This document shows positions 19,353-29,138 of a stretch of DNA of 64,000 bases, in pieces. Within the stretch, counting starts at the first letter, position 1, and the number at the start of each line of letters is the position of its first letter. The DNA comes from Bacteroidota bacterium. GTDB lineage: Bacteria; Bacteroidota; Bacteroidia; AKYH767-A; 2013-40CM-41-45. The stretch lies in the NCBI GenBank assembly GCA_016720935.1, contig JADKJP010000007.1, positions 329,293 to 393,292 on the forward strand. Reading direction: 5' to 3'. The notes below the pieces were generated by a model. It worked only from the letters and a program-made list of their open reading frames with translations. It searched no databases and had not been told where the DNA came from. A program made the position numbers and the translations under genes.

Positions 19353-19435
19353 GATGGTTACTGAGAACAAGTCATTTCTGACTGGCATGAATATAAGAAA
19401 ATTGTTTTATTCCATAAAAATTATTTTTCTGTCTT

Positions 19436-19990
19436 TTATTTTCTCAGGGGAAATTTCATTTTGTAATCTACTTCGACATCTCCCCTTGTGATGTCATTTA
19501 GTTTATTTTTCAGCAGTCTCCTTCTAAGAGGTGAGATTCTGTCGGTGAACAATACTCCTTCCAAATGGTCGTATTCATGTTGAATAATCCTTGCTGAAAG
19601 GCCTGAAAAAGTTGTTTTTTTCAATTTCCAGTCGGCATTATAGTATTCAATGTGCACTATCGGTTTGCGCTGGACATCTTCCCTGATGTGCGGAATGCTC
19701 AAACAGCCTTCGTTAAATTTCCATAAATGACCTTCTTCCTCGTGTATGACAGGATTTATAAAAACTTCTTTAAAATCCTCTACTTCTTCCTCTTCAAAGG
19801 GAGCTCCGTCGGTTATAAAGAGCCGGATGGAAAGCCCGATTTGCGGAGCGGCGAGCCCTACTCCCCGACTGTCATACATCGTTTCATACATGTTTGCGAT
19901 CAATTCTTTGAGGCCGGGATAATCTTTGGTGATTTCCTTGGCTCTGGTTTTCAGAATCGGGTCGCCATATGCAATAATTGGGAAAATCAT
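19436..19990 (-). CDS. def: Peptide deformylase
   Basis: 184 aa. The three PDF motifs are present: GVGLAAPQIG, EGCLS and HEYDHLEG. Confidence 0.95.
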   Translation of the reverse strand: MIFPIIAYGDPILKTRAKEITKDYPGLKELIANMYETMYDSRGVGLAAPQIGLSIRLFITDGAPFEEEEVEDFKEVFINPVIHEEEGHLWKFNEGCLSIPHIREDVQRKPIVHIEYYNADWKLKKTTFSGLSARIIQHEYDHLEGVLFTDRISPLRRRLLKNKLNDITRGDVEVDYKMKFPLRK

Positions 19991-20012
19991 ATTCCTGAAT
20001 ATACGTTTTAAT

Positions 20013-20429
20013 TTAGTGGTTTCTTGATTCCATGTAGGATTGGAGGATAATAACCGCGCTGGTGCGATCCACCAAACCTTTATCCTGTCGGTCTTTTTTC
20101 TTCAAACCGCTCATAAGAAGCGCCTGACTGGCCATTTTGGATGTGAATCTTTCATCCATACGATACACAGGAATATCAGGAAATTCTTTTTTCAACATAC
20201 GGATAAACTGTTCGACCTGAGGAGTAATTTCAGATGCTGAATTGTTCATTTGCCGCGGTTCTCCAACAACAAAACTTTCCACCTGTTCCCGGGAAAGATA
20301 AGCTTTCAAATAGGTGATTATGTCTTTAGAATGTACAGTATCCAGAGCAGTCGCTATGATCTGACCGGGATCTGTAACCGCCAGTCCAACTCTTTTAGTA
20401 CCATAATCAATCGCTAAAATCCTTGCCAT
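20013..20429 (-). CDS. ruvX: Holliday-junction resolvase-like RuvX (YqgF)
   Basis: The motif ILAIDYGTKRVGLAVTD is present and the size is ~138 aa from the internal Met MARIL. It sits immediately upstream of def on the same strand. Confidence 0.85.
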   Translation of the reverse strand: MARILAIDYGTKRVGLAVTDPGQIIATALDTVHSKDIITYLKAYLSREQVESFVVGEPRQMNNSASEITPQVEQFIRMLKKEFPDIPVYRMDERFTSKMASQALLMSGLKKKDRQDKGLVDRTSAVIILQSYMESRNH

Positions 20430-20506
20430 CCTTTGCAAATATAATTGAAGTTTGAAGTTGGTAGTTTGAGCCGGGTAGTTTTTCTTTGTCCTGTAATTCA
20501 TTCACT

Positions 20507-21313
20507 ATGCGAGAAATCATTGAAAATGCCTGGCAAAACAGGGAACTCCTTAAGGATCAGAGTACCCAACAAGCTATTCGGGATGTTATTGAGCAGCTTG
20601 ACAAGGGTACAATTCGGGTTGCTCAGAAAGAAGGTGAATCCTGGAAAGTGAATGATTGGGTAAAAAAGGCAGTAATCCTCTATTTCCCGATTCAGGGTAT
20701 GGAAACTCTTCATGCCGGGCCGATGGAGTTTCACGATAAAATGAAGCTTAAATCAGGTTATTCCCAGCTTGGAGTGCGTGTTGTTCCTCATGGTATTGCC
20801 CGTTATGGCTCCTTTTTGGCCAAAGGAGTAATTCTTATGCCTTCCTATGTGAATATTGGGGCTTATGTGGATGAAAATACAATGGTAGACACCTGGGCAA
20901 CAGTAGGTTCTTGTGCCCAGATAGGAAAACATGTTCATTTATCCGGAGGTGTTGGTATTGGAGGTGTTCTGGAACCGGTTCAGGCAGCTCCTGTCATTAT
21001 TGAAGACAACTGTTTCATCGGGTCAAGATGTATTGTGGTTGAAGGCGTCAGGGTTGAAAAGGAAGCTGTACTTGGTGCTAATGTGGTGCTTACCATGTCC
21101 ACTAAAATTATTGATGTCAGCGGTGCATCTCCCATAGAACATAAGGGATTTGTTCCCTCCAGATCGGTAGTTATTCCCGGTTCTTATACCAAAAAATTTC
21201 CTGCGGGAGAATTTCAGGTTCCCTGTGCTTTAATCATCGGGAAAAGAAAAGAAAGTACCGATACCAAAACCTCATTGAATGATGCATTGAGAGAATACAA
21301 TGTAGCCGTTTAA
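20507..21313 (+). CDS. dapD: 2,3,4,5-tetrahydropyridine-2,6-dicarboxylate N-succinyltransferase (hexapeptide-repeat acyltransferase)
   Basis: The N-terminal helical domain is followed by left-handed beta-helix hexapeptide repeats (GAYVDENTMVDTWATVGSCAQIGKHVHLSGGVGIGGVLEP). This matches the short Bacteroidetes-type DapD. Confidence 0.8.
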   Translation: MREIIENAWQNRELLKDQSTQQAIRDVIEQLDKGTIRVAQKEGESWKVNDWVKKAVILYFPIQGMETLHAGPMEFHDKMKLKSGYSQLGVRVVPHGIARYGSFLAKGVILMPSYVNIGAYVDENTMVDTWATVGSCAQIGKHVHLSGGVGIGGVLEPVQAAPVIIEDNCFIGSRCIVVEGVRVEKEAVLGANVVLTMSTKIIDVSGASPIEHKGFVPSRSVVIPGSYTKKFPAGEFQVPCALIIGKRKESTDTKTSLNDALREYNVAV

Positions 21314-21321
21314 TTCTGCCA

Positions 21322-22305
21322 ATGCGAAAATTTTTGGTCATACAAACCGCTTTTACCGGTGATGTTATTTTAGCGACAGCACTGGTCGAAAAAATTCATT
21401 CGATTTTTCCTGAATCTGAAATTGATGTATTGGTAAGAAAGGGAAATGAATCCCTGCTAAACAACAATAATTGTATCAATAAAATTCTTGTTTGGAACAA
21501 GAAGGAAAATAAGTTCAGGAATCTGATCGGGATGATGAGATTGATTCGAAAAGAAAAATATTCCGATGTTATCAATCTGCAACGCTTCGCCAGTTCCGGT
21601 TTGCTCACTATAGGCAGCGGAGCAGCAATTACCAGTGGTTTCGACAAAAATCCCTTATCGTTTTTCTTCACTCACAAGGCTCCGCATAAAATCGGAAACG
21701 GAAAACATGAAATTGAAAGGAATCAGGAACTGATCCGGTATTTCAACTCTACAGCAGCCGTTAAACCAAAGTTATATCCTTCTCCTGAAGATTACGGAAG
21801 CGTAAAAAAATATCAGGGAACAGATTACATCTGTATTGCTCCCGGCTCGGTTTGGTTTACAAAAACATTTCCAAAGTCAAAATGGATAGAATTTATTCAA
21901 TCCTTCCATTCAAAATTTCCTGATAAAAATATCTTCCTGCTGGGATCTCCTGCCGAAGTTGAATTGTGCAACGAAATTATTGCCGGTTCCGGGATACAAG
22001 GCATCAATAATCTCGCGGGTCAATTGAGCTTTCTTCAATCCGCTGCATTGATCCGGGGAGCAAGCATGAACTATGTGAATGACTCTGCCCCGCTGCATAT
22101 GGCCAGCGCGATGAATGCTCCTGTTACAGCAATTTACTGTTCTACCATTCCTGCATTTGGCTTTGGTCCTTTATCGGATAATTCAACAGTAGTCGAAACT
22201 AGAGTTAATTTATCGTGCAGACCCTGTGGATTGCATGGTTTTAAAAAATGTCCGCAAGGCCATTTTCAATGCGCCACAACCATCGAAATTGAACAACTGA
22301 GATAA
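21322..22305 (+). CDS. Glycosyltransferase family 9 (LPS heptosyltransferase-like)
   Basis: The N-terminal motif LVIQTAFTGDVILATALVEKI and the C-terminal DSAPLHMASAMNAPVTAIY are typical of ADP-heptose:LPS heptosyltransferases (RfaF/RfaC). Confidence 0.7.
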   Translation: MRKFLVIQTAFTGDVILATALVEKIHSIFPESEIDVLVRKGNESLLNNNNCINKILVWNKKENKFRNLIGMMRLIRKEKYSDVINLQRFASSGLLTIGSGAAITSGFDKNPLSFFFTHKAPHKIGNGKHEIERNQELIRYFNSTAAVKPKLYPSPEDYGSVKKYQGTDYICIAPGSVWFTKTFPKSKWIEFIQSFHSKFPDKNIFLLGSPAEVELCNEIIAGSGIQGINNLAGQLSFLQSAALIRGASMNYVNDSAPLHMASAMNAPVTAIYCSTIPAFGFGPLSDNSTVVETRVNLSCRPCGLHGFKKCPQGHFQCATTIEIEQLR

Positions 22306-22308
22306 ACC

Positions 22309-22881
22309 ATGTCTGATATACACACAGAGGTTAAAAACGCTTTGGCCATTCTGAAACAAGGAGGCATTATACTTTATCCAACAGATACCATCTGGGGAAT
22401 CGGGTGTGATGCCACCAATGCTGAAGCGGTTGAAAAAATTTACAAATTGAAAAAACGTTCCGAATCCAAATCCATGATTCTATTGGTTGACAACGAAAAT
22501 CGACTTGACAGGTACATTGAAAGGGTTCCGGAGCAAGCCTGGTCTCTCATAGAATATGCGGAGAATCCCCTGACAATCGTTTATGAAAAGGCAAAAAACC
22601 TTCCGGACAACCTGATTGCAGAGGATGGAAGCATTGCGTTTCGGGTAACACGGGATGAATTCTGTAAAATGCTCACTGAGCGCCTCAGAAAGCCGATCGT
22701 TTCAACTTCGGCTAATTTCAGCGGGGAAGCATACCCGACAACATTTGACGAAATCAACGAAAGTATTCTCAACGGTGTTGACTATGTAGTTGACTGGAAA
22801 AGACAGGAAAAGAACCGGAACAAACCATCTTCCATCATTCGTCTGAGAAATAACGGGCAATTCGAATTCCTCAGGAAGTAA
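22309..22881 (+). CDS. tsaC: L-threonylcarbamoyladenylate synthase (Sua5/YrdC/YciO family)
   Basis: 190 aa with YPTDTIWGIGCDATN and K-x-R motifs (YKLKKRSESKSMILLV). This is the YrdC-domain-only form. Confidence 0.85.
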   Translation: MSDIHTEVKNALAILKQGGIILYPTDTIWGIGCDATNAEAVEKIYKLKKRSESKSMILLVDNENRLDRYIERVPEQAWSLIEYAENPLTIVYEKAKNLPDNLIAEDGSIAFRVTRDEFCKMLTERLRKPIVSTSANFSGEAYPTTFDEINESILNGVDYVVDWKRQEKNRNKPSSIIRLRNNGQFEFLRK

Positions 22882-23012
22882 GCTTCCCTCCTGCCTTACA
22901 GCAGAAAATCCCTTTCGCGTGTGCTTTCAAAGAGCTATTTTTGCAGCCTTTAATTTTGCTCCCTGACAGGCTTCAAGGAATAAATCCTCACCTGCCTTCG
23001 GTCGCATTCAGC

Positions 23013-24452
23013 ATGAAAAAACACCTCCAACACCCCATTTTTTCCATCCTTGCGGAAGAAGCATCTCAACTTGGAGTTGAGGCTTTTGTTGTTGGCGGCT
23101 ATGTAAGAGATATTTTTTTAAAAAGAGAATCCAAGGATATTGATATTGTCGTTTTAGGCAGCGGTATTGATCTTGCCAAGTCAGTGGCAAAGAGACTCGG
23201 CGATCATGTTCATGTAAATTATTTCAAAAACTTTGGTACAGCCATGATTCGTTTCGAAGATCTGGAACTGGAGTTTGTCGGTGCCCGAAAAGAATCTTAC
23301 AGGCTCGATTCACGCAAGCCGATTGTTGAAACCGGATCGCTCGAAGATGATCAGAAGCGACGTGATTTCACGATCAATGCAATGGCTATTCACCTGACGG
23401 AATCTAATTTTGGTGAATTGGTGGATCCATTTAATGGTGTACAGGATTTACATGATCATATCATCCGTACACCACTTGATCCTGACCTTACATTTTCGGA
23501 TGATCCCCTGCGCATGATGCGCGCGATTCGTTTTGCCAGTCAGCTCAACTTCACCATTAATCCACGCGAACTGAGGGCGATCAAACGGAATCAGGAACGT
23601 ATTAAAATCGTTTCTTCAGAGAGAATCACAGAGGAATTGAATAAAATTATTCTATCCGCCAAACCGTCCAAAGGATTTGATCTTCTCTTCAAGACAGGTC
23701 TCCTGGAAATCATCTTCCCGCAATTTTGTCTCCTTCATGGCGTTGAATACGTGAATGGGAAAGGTCACAAGGATAATTTTTACCACACATTAGAAGTACT
23801 CGATAATGTAGCAAAGGTTTCCGATGATCTTTGGCTTCGTTGGGCAGCTATATTACATGACATTGCTAAACCGGCAACCAAACGTTTTGAGCCGGAACAC
23901 GGATGGACTTTCCATGGTCATGAAGACAAAGGCGCCAGAATGGTTAAACATATCTTTCGTCAATTCAAATTGCCGCTGAATGAAAAAATGAAATTTGTTG
24001 AGAAGATGGTACAATTACATCTTCGTCCTATCGTTCTTGCTCAGGAACACGTTACCGACTCAGCCATCCGTCGTTTGCTTTTCGACGCCGGTGACGACAT
24101 TGATTCCCTGATGCAATTGTGTAAAGCTGATGTTACTACCAAGAACGAATACAAAATCAGAAAATACAAAGACAACTTTCAGGTGGTTCAGGATAAGTTG
24201 AAGGAGGTGGAAGAAAAGGACAGGATCAGGAACTGGCAACCGCCGGTGATGGGAGAACACATCATGGAAACATTTAATCTGAAGCCGGGAAAAGAAGTTG
24301 GGATAATAAAAAACGCCATTCGTGAAGCCATTCTGGAAGGAGAAATCAGGAATGATTACGAAGAAGCATATACATTCATGCTTAAAAAAGGCCAGGAACT
24401 GGGCCTGAAATGCATAAACAATTTACTAATTTCTTCAAATAATAAAAAGTAA
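23013..24452 (+). CDS. cca: CCA-adding tRNA nucleotidyltransferase / poly(A) polymerase family with a C-terminal HD domain
   Basis: The nucleotidyltransferase signature VVGGYVRDIFLKRESKDIDIVV is present, along with an HD region (HDIAKP...H). I chose the start at the internal Met MKKHLQ. Confidence 0.8.
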   Translation: MKKHLQHPIFSILAEEASQLGVEAFVVGGYVRDIFLKRESKDIDIVVLGSGIDLAKSVAKRLGDHVHVNYFKNFGTAMIRFEDLELEFVGARKESYRLDSRKPIVETGSLEDDQKRRDFTINAMAIHLTESNFGELVDPFNGVQDLHDHIIRTPLDPDLTFSDDPLRMMRAIRFASQLNFTINPRELRAIKRNQERIKIVSSERITEELNKIILSAKPSKGFDLLFKTGLLEIIFPQFCLLHGVEYVNGKGHKDNFYHTLEVLDNVAKVSDDLWLRWAAILHDIAKPATKRFEPEHGWTFHGHEDKGARMVKHIFRQFKLPLNEKMKFVEKMVQLHLRPIVLAQEHVTDSAIRRLLFDAGDDIDSLMQLCKADVTTKNEYKIRKYKDNFQVVQDKLKEVEEKDRIRNWQPPVMGEHIMETFNLKPGKEVGIIKNAIREAILEGEIRNDYEEAYTFMLKKGQELGLKCINNLLISSNNKK

Positions 24453-24522
24453 TATAATTTGGCCGGAGCTGGCTTATGAATTATTTTTCTTTCTATTTTT
24501 GAATTCGGAATCATTATCCATC

Positions 24523-25191
24523 ATGGCACTCTATCGCTTTCGCGTTACATTCGAAGATCACGACGATGTCTCCAGAGACATTGAAATTCGTCCTACGCAG
24601 ACATTTGCTGACTTTCATCATGCAATTCATCAATCCATTGGATTTGATGCTTCAAAACCGGCATCCTTCTATATGAGTGATGACAACTGGAAAAAAGGCA
24701 AAGAAATCACTTCCAGAGAACTCAGCGAAGAAGAAACACCTGTTCCTTTGATGAACAGTTCACGTTTGTGTGATTTCATTGCGGATCCTCACCAAAAGAT
24801 TTATTATGTTTTTGATCTGCTGGGAAACTGGACTTTTCACATTGAATTGATTAAGATCGTACCTCAGGCGGATCCGCTGGTTTCATATCCTGCCTGCGTA
24901 CGCACCCATGGTGAAGCTCCGAAACAATATGGTGGCACCGGAATAGGAGTGCTTCCTGTGCCTGAAGATTTTGATCCTGAATCCGACATCCTTGATCTGG
25001 ATGATGAAGAAGTTGATGACGATCGCGAAGAAGAAGTTCTTGGTACAGATGAAGCTGATTTACCGGAAGGTGAAGAAAACACCAATACATTCACCGCTTC
25101 CGCGGATGTAGATGTGGAAGGAGATGAATTTGAAACAGCTGATGAAGACCTGATTGACGATGAAGGCTCCACTGAGAATGACGATTTCTAA
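24523..25191 (+). CDS. Hypothetical protein: conserved N-terminal ~150-aa domain (pRiA4b ORF-3-like guess) plus a ~65-aa extremely acidic, disordered C-terminal tail
   Basis: The N-terminus reads MALYRFRVTFEDHDDVSRDIEIRPTQTFADFHHAI. In the C-terminal tail, DLDDEEVDDDREEEVLGTDEADLPEGEENT...ETADEDLIDDEGSTENDDF, more than half the residues are Asp or Glu. Confidence 0.5.
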   Translation: MALYRFRVTFEDHDDVSRDIEIRPTQTFADFHHAIHQSIGFDASKPASFYMSDDNWKKGKEITSRELSEEETPVPLMNSSRLCDFIADPHQKIYYVFDLLGNWTFHIELIKIVPQADPLVSYPACVRTHGEAPKQYGGTGIGVLPVPEDFDPESDILDLDDEEVDDDREEEVLGTDEADLPEGEENTNTFTASADVDVEGDEFETADEDLIDDEGSTENDDF

Positions 25192-25254
25192 TTCAAAAAA
25201 TATATGAAAGTCAAACCCTCCTCATCCGGAGGGTTTCTTATTTTTATCCGGTTT

Positions 25255-26160
25255 ATGAAAACACTCATTGTCATACTCGGTCCTACAGCTTCCGGAAAAA
25301 CAGCGCTTTCAATAAAAATAGCCAGGTTCCTCGGGACAGAAATAGTCAATGCTGATTCAAGACAGTTCTACAAAACAATGGATATCGGTACGGCTAAACC
25401 CGGTCCTTATGAACTGAATGCAGTGAAACACCATTTTATCAATACACTTTCACCGGAAGATGATTATACCGTTGGTAAATTTGAAAATGAAGCTCTGATC
25501 ACACTTGAGTCGATTTTTCAAAAACATGATCAGGCTCTGCTTGTAGGTGGAAGTGGATTGTATATCCGTGCTGTATGCGAAGGTTTGGATGAATTACCGG
25601 AAAGCGATCCTGAAATCCGTTCGCGCCTGAATCAAAAATTCCAGGAACAAGGAATTGCTGCATTGCAAAAAGAACTGCAGGCACTTGATCCTGAATATTA
25701 CATGGAAGTTGATCGCATGAACCCGCACAGACTGATCCGGGCTATCGAAGTATGTTTACTTAGCGGCGAAAAATATTCTGTACTGAGAAAATCAGCTCCT
25801 AAAAACAGATCCTTTCAACTACTTAAAATTGGTTTGCTTCCTGAGAGAGAGGTTATGTATGAGCGAATCAATTTGCGCGTTGAACAAATGATCAATGATG
25901 GACTTGTTGAAGAAGTGAGAAAATTGCAGGCTTATAAGAACTGCAACGCATTGCATACAGTCGGTTATCAGGAATTATTCCCCTATCTGGAAAATCAAAC
26001 TACACTGGAACAGGCAGTTGATGAGATAAAAAAGAACTCCCGGCGTTATGCCAAACGACAGGTCACCTGGTTCAAAAAAGATACATCCATTCACTGGTTC
26101 CAGCCGGAAATGGAAGATGAGATTTTTGAATTGATAAAACCATTTCAACAAAAAAGTTAA
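25255..26160 (+). CDS. miaA: tRNA dimethylallyltransferase
   Basis: The P-loop ILGPTASGKTALSIKIA, the VNADSRQFYKTMDIGTAKP motif and the C-terminal RRYAKRQVTWFK are present. Confidence 0.9.
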   Translation: MKTLIVILGPTASGKTALSIKIARFLGTEIVNADSRQFYKTMDIGTAKPGPYELNAVKHHFINTLSPEDDYTVGKFENEALITLESIFQKHDQALLVGGSGLYIRAVCEGLDELPESDPEIRSRLNQKFQEQGIAALQKELQALDPEYYMEVDRMNPHRLIRAIEVCLLSGEKYSVLRKSAPKNRSFQLLKIGLLPEREVMYERINLRVEQMINDGLVEEVRKLQAYKNCNALHTVGYQELFPYLENQTTLEQAVDEIKKNSRRYAKRQVTWFKKDTSIHWFQPEMEDEIFELIKPFQQKS

Positions 26161-26174
26161 ATTTCAACCGAAAT

Positions 26175-26215
26175 AAAAAAAGGGTCCTTTACAAAAATGC
26201 AAAGGACCCATTCCT
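26175..26215. terminator. Bidirectional Rho-independent terminator (miaA / large M16 peptidase)
   Basis: aaaaaaaGGGTCCTTTacaaaaatgcAAAGGACCCattcc: a 9-bp stem flanked by an A-run and a T-rich tract. Confidence 0.75.
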
Positions 26216-26229
26216 TGTTTCTGTTTTGA

Positions 26230-29025
26230 TTACTTTTCAGGATTCAATATAAACTTTGCATAATTTGTTGTCTGCAGGTATTTATTCGCGAATGTTTTCA
26301 GATCAGCACCTGTCAGCTTGTTCACCCAATCGGTGTAACCATTGATCTCCGTCAGATCCTCATTGTTCTGATAGTTAGAAGAAATTGTATTCAGCCAGAA
26401 TTGATTTTCCTTCAATCCGGTTTCGCGCTCCCGAAGAGCTGTTTCCTTGATCTTGACGAGATTCTTTTCATCACAATCTTTGCTTTTGACTTCAGCAAGA
26501 ACATCCTCCGCGGCTTTAATCAGCATGTCCACATTTCCCGGGGCACAACCAAAGCTAATTGTTACTTCCAGACCTGCTACCGGGTAATGTTTCGGAGAAG
26601 CATTGCAGCTTACACCATACACCCCACTCTTATCTTCTCGGAGGACTTCACGCAGACGTATGTTGACCAGTTTCATCAGTGCATTTACTTCACTGCGATG
26701 CTGGCGTGTGTATTCAAATGGCATTGCAAAGCGCAGGCTGACAGATGATTTTGGTTCTACACCTTTCTTTACTGTTTTTTCAAACTGTCCTTTCGGAGAA
26801 CGAATTCCCAGATCCTTCCATGTTTCAGATTTGTTTGAAGAAGGAAGACTGCCAAGGTATTTTTCACATAAGGTCTTCATTTCATCTACCTTAAAATTAC
26901 CCACAAATACAAAAGTAAATCCTGATGCGTCCTTAAATCGCTCTTTGTAAATTTCCATTGCACGTGGCAATGAAATCTCCTTGAGAGTCTCTACCGTCAT
27001 TGGTTTGTATCTGAAATTGTACCCTGACATAACGTAAGAAACAGTATCTCTGAAAATCGATTGAGGGTCAGAATTTTTATTTTGTAAATATCCCTTGCGG
27101 GTTTCAATATAGGACTGGAATGCGTCTTTATCTTCACGAGGATCCGTAAAGTATTTATATATCAATTGCATTAAAGTTTCCAGATCTTTTGGAGCACAAC
27201 TACCGTTCATTCCTTGTTGCAATTCCGAAACGTAAGGTGATCCACCTACAATTTTCCCGCTGAGTAATTTTTCAAGGGCTGTCATATCGAATTCCCCAAT
27301 TCCACTCTGATCGATAATTTCATCGCAGGTAACGGCGGAATGAAAATCAGCTTCGGGATAGAGAGACCAACCACCCCATGAGTAAGAAGTAAACAGGATT
27401 TCATCATTTTTAAAATCTGTAGGTTTAAGTGCAACCCGTATTCCATTTGAGAGCTTGAATTCGGTAATTCCAAATGGATCAATTGTCTTTATTGATTCAG
27501 TCTTCGCTCCAGGGAGGTTTCCTTCCACCAATGGCTTATTCACTATCTTGTCTTCGTATGGTTTCAAATCCAATTGTCTCATACCTTTCATGACCGATCG
27601 TATCTTTTCATCATCGGGCATTTTTGTTGTTTCTTTTTCAGGCGCGGTGATTAATACCACACAATTTTCTCCGTCCGTGATCCACTTTTCAGCAAAGGCG
27701 TTTACTTCCGCAAGGGTTATTCCTTCGAGATACGTTTTGTAAATGTTGTATTCAAATTCGATTCCGGGCATAGGTTCCTGGGTAAGAAAATTGCTTACAT
27801 ATTCACGTGCAAAATTTCTTGATTCAGTTTTATCACGTTCATTGTAGGACTCTGTCATGCCACTCATCATTTCAGCTTTCTGACGTTGCAATTCCGTTTC
27901 GGTGAACCCAAATCTTCTGACTCTTTCATTTTCTGTTACCAGTGTCTGAAGTGCTCTGAGAATGCCGTCTTCTTTACAACCTGCCGCGGAAGTATAAGCA
28001 AATTTATTTCTTACCAGGTCGCCATAACCGCTGTAGGAAAACATGAATGGCGGATCCGCCTGTCTTTGCAATTCAGACATCCTTGCATTCAGCATTCCGG
28101 AAAATAAACTTTGTGCAATCGTTCTGCGGTAATCCTCAACCGTTCTTGTGATTTGAGGAGGTTGTTTGTAAAACAAATCTACCATACTGAACCGGGCTTC
28201 TTTATCCGTAGCAATTGCAATTTGAATTTCCTTATTGTCAGGAACAGTATATGCTTTTACAGCTCTGGGATTAGCTTTGGAAGGTACATCATTGAATTGT
28301 TTTTTGATTTTATTTTCCATTTCATTCAAATCAAAATCACCTACAGCGATAACAGCCATGATATCCGGACGGTACCAGTCTGCATAAAAACTTCTCAAAG
28401 TCGCCTGAGGACATTTTTCTATGATTTCCTTTTTCCCGATCGGCAGACGTTCTGCATAACGTGAATCTTTGAAGAGAATCGGCCAGTATTTTCTACGCAT
28501 ACGTTCATCAGCTCCCTGTCCTAAACGCCATTCTTCGACAACCACTCCCCGTTCCTTCTCTACTTCGGCTGAATCAAACAACAAACTATGAGACCATTCT
28601 TCGAGGATTTGTAATCCTTTATTTACGATTGATTCACTATCAGTAGGGAGCTGAATCATGTAAACAGTTTCATCGAAACTGGTATATGCATTCAGGTGGG
28701 CGCCAAATTTGGTTCCTACACTTTCCAGATAATCGACCAGTTCGTTTTTCTTAAAATTCTTTGTGCCGTTAAATGCCATGTGTTCAACAAGGTGAGCAAG
28801 CCCCTGCTGGTCGTCATTTTCAGAAGTTGAACCGGCATTCACTGCCAGGCGAAACTCCGCCCGTTTTTCCGGCTTGGAATTCTGACGGATGTAATATTTC
28901 ATACCATTGTTAAGCGTACCCATACGCACCTTTGGATCCAATGGCAGGGCACTTTTCAATTCAGGTTGAGCCTGCGCAATTTGCAGAAGCAGCAGAAATG
29001 CACAGTAAGAGAGCAACTTTTTCAT
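26230..29025 (-). CDS. Large secreted M16-family zinc peptidase (fused active plus inactive halves)
   Basis: ~930 aa. The signal peptide is MKKLLSYCAFLLLLQIAQAQ and the HxxEH motif is GLAHLVEHMAFNGT. The size is consistent with four M16 domains (a pitrilysin-like monomer). Confidence 0.8.
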   Translation of the reverse strand: MKKLLSYCAFLLLLQIAQAQPELKSALPLDPKVRMGTLNNGMKYYIRQNSKPEKRAEFRLAVNAGSTSENDDQQGLAHLVEHMAFNGTKNFKKNELVDYLESVGTKFGAHLNAYTSFDETVYMIQLPTDSESIVNKGLQILEEWSHSLLFDSAEVEKERGVVVEEWRLGQGADERMRRKYWPILFKDSRYAERLPIGKKEIIEKCPQATLRSFYADWYRPDIMAVIAVGDFDLNEMENKIKKQFNDVPSKANPRAVKAYTVPDNKEIQIAIATDKEARFSMVDLFYKQPPQITRTVEDYRRTIAQSLFSGMLNARMSELQRQADPPFMFSYSGYGDLVRNKFAYTSAAGCKEDGILRALQTLVTENERVRRFGFTETELQRQKAEMMSGMTESYNERDKTESRNFAREYVSNFLTQEPMPGIEFEYNIYKTYLEGITLAEVNAFAEKWITDGENCVVLITAPEKETTKMPDDEKIRSVMKGMRQLDLKPYEDKIVNKPLVEGNLPGAKTESIKTIDPFGITEFKLSNGIRVALKPTDFKNDEILFTSYSWGGWSLYPEADFHSAVTCDEIIDQSGIGEFDMTALEKLLSGKIVGGSPYVSELQQGMNGSCAPKDLETLMQLIYKYFTDPREDKDAFQSYIETRKGYLQNKNSDPQSIFRDTVSYVMSGYNFRYKPMTVETLKEISLPRAMEIYKERFKDASGFTFVFVGNFKVDEMKTLCEKYLGSLPSSNKSETWKDLGIRSPKGQFEKTVKKGVEPKSSVSLRFAMPFEYTRQHRSEVNALMKLVNIRLREVLREDKSGVYGVSCNASPKHYPVAGLEVTISFGCAPGNVDMLIKAAEDVLAEVKSKDCDEKNLVKIKETALRERETGLKENQFWLNTISSNYQNNEDLTEINGYTDWVNKLTGADLKTFANKYLQTTNYAKFILNPEK

Positions 29026-29138
29026 AAACAAATTTTAAGATTTGAGGATACAAGGTATAAAATCATAAAAAAACAGCCAGAAAAAGATGTTAACAAAACC
29101 TAACCATTAGATAAGAGAAGTTTTAATATGTTTGAAAC

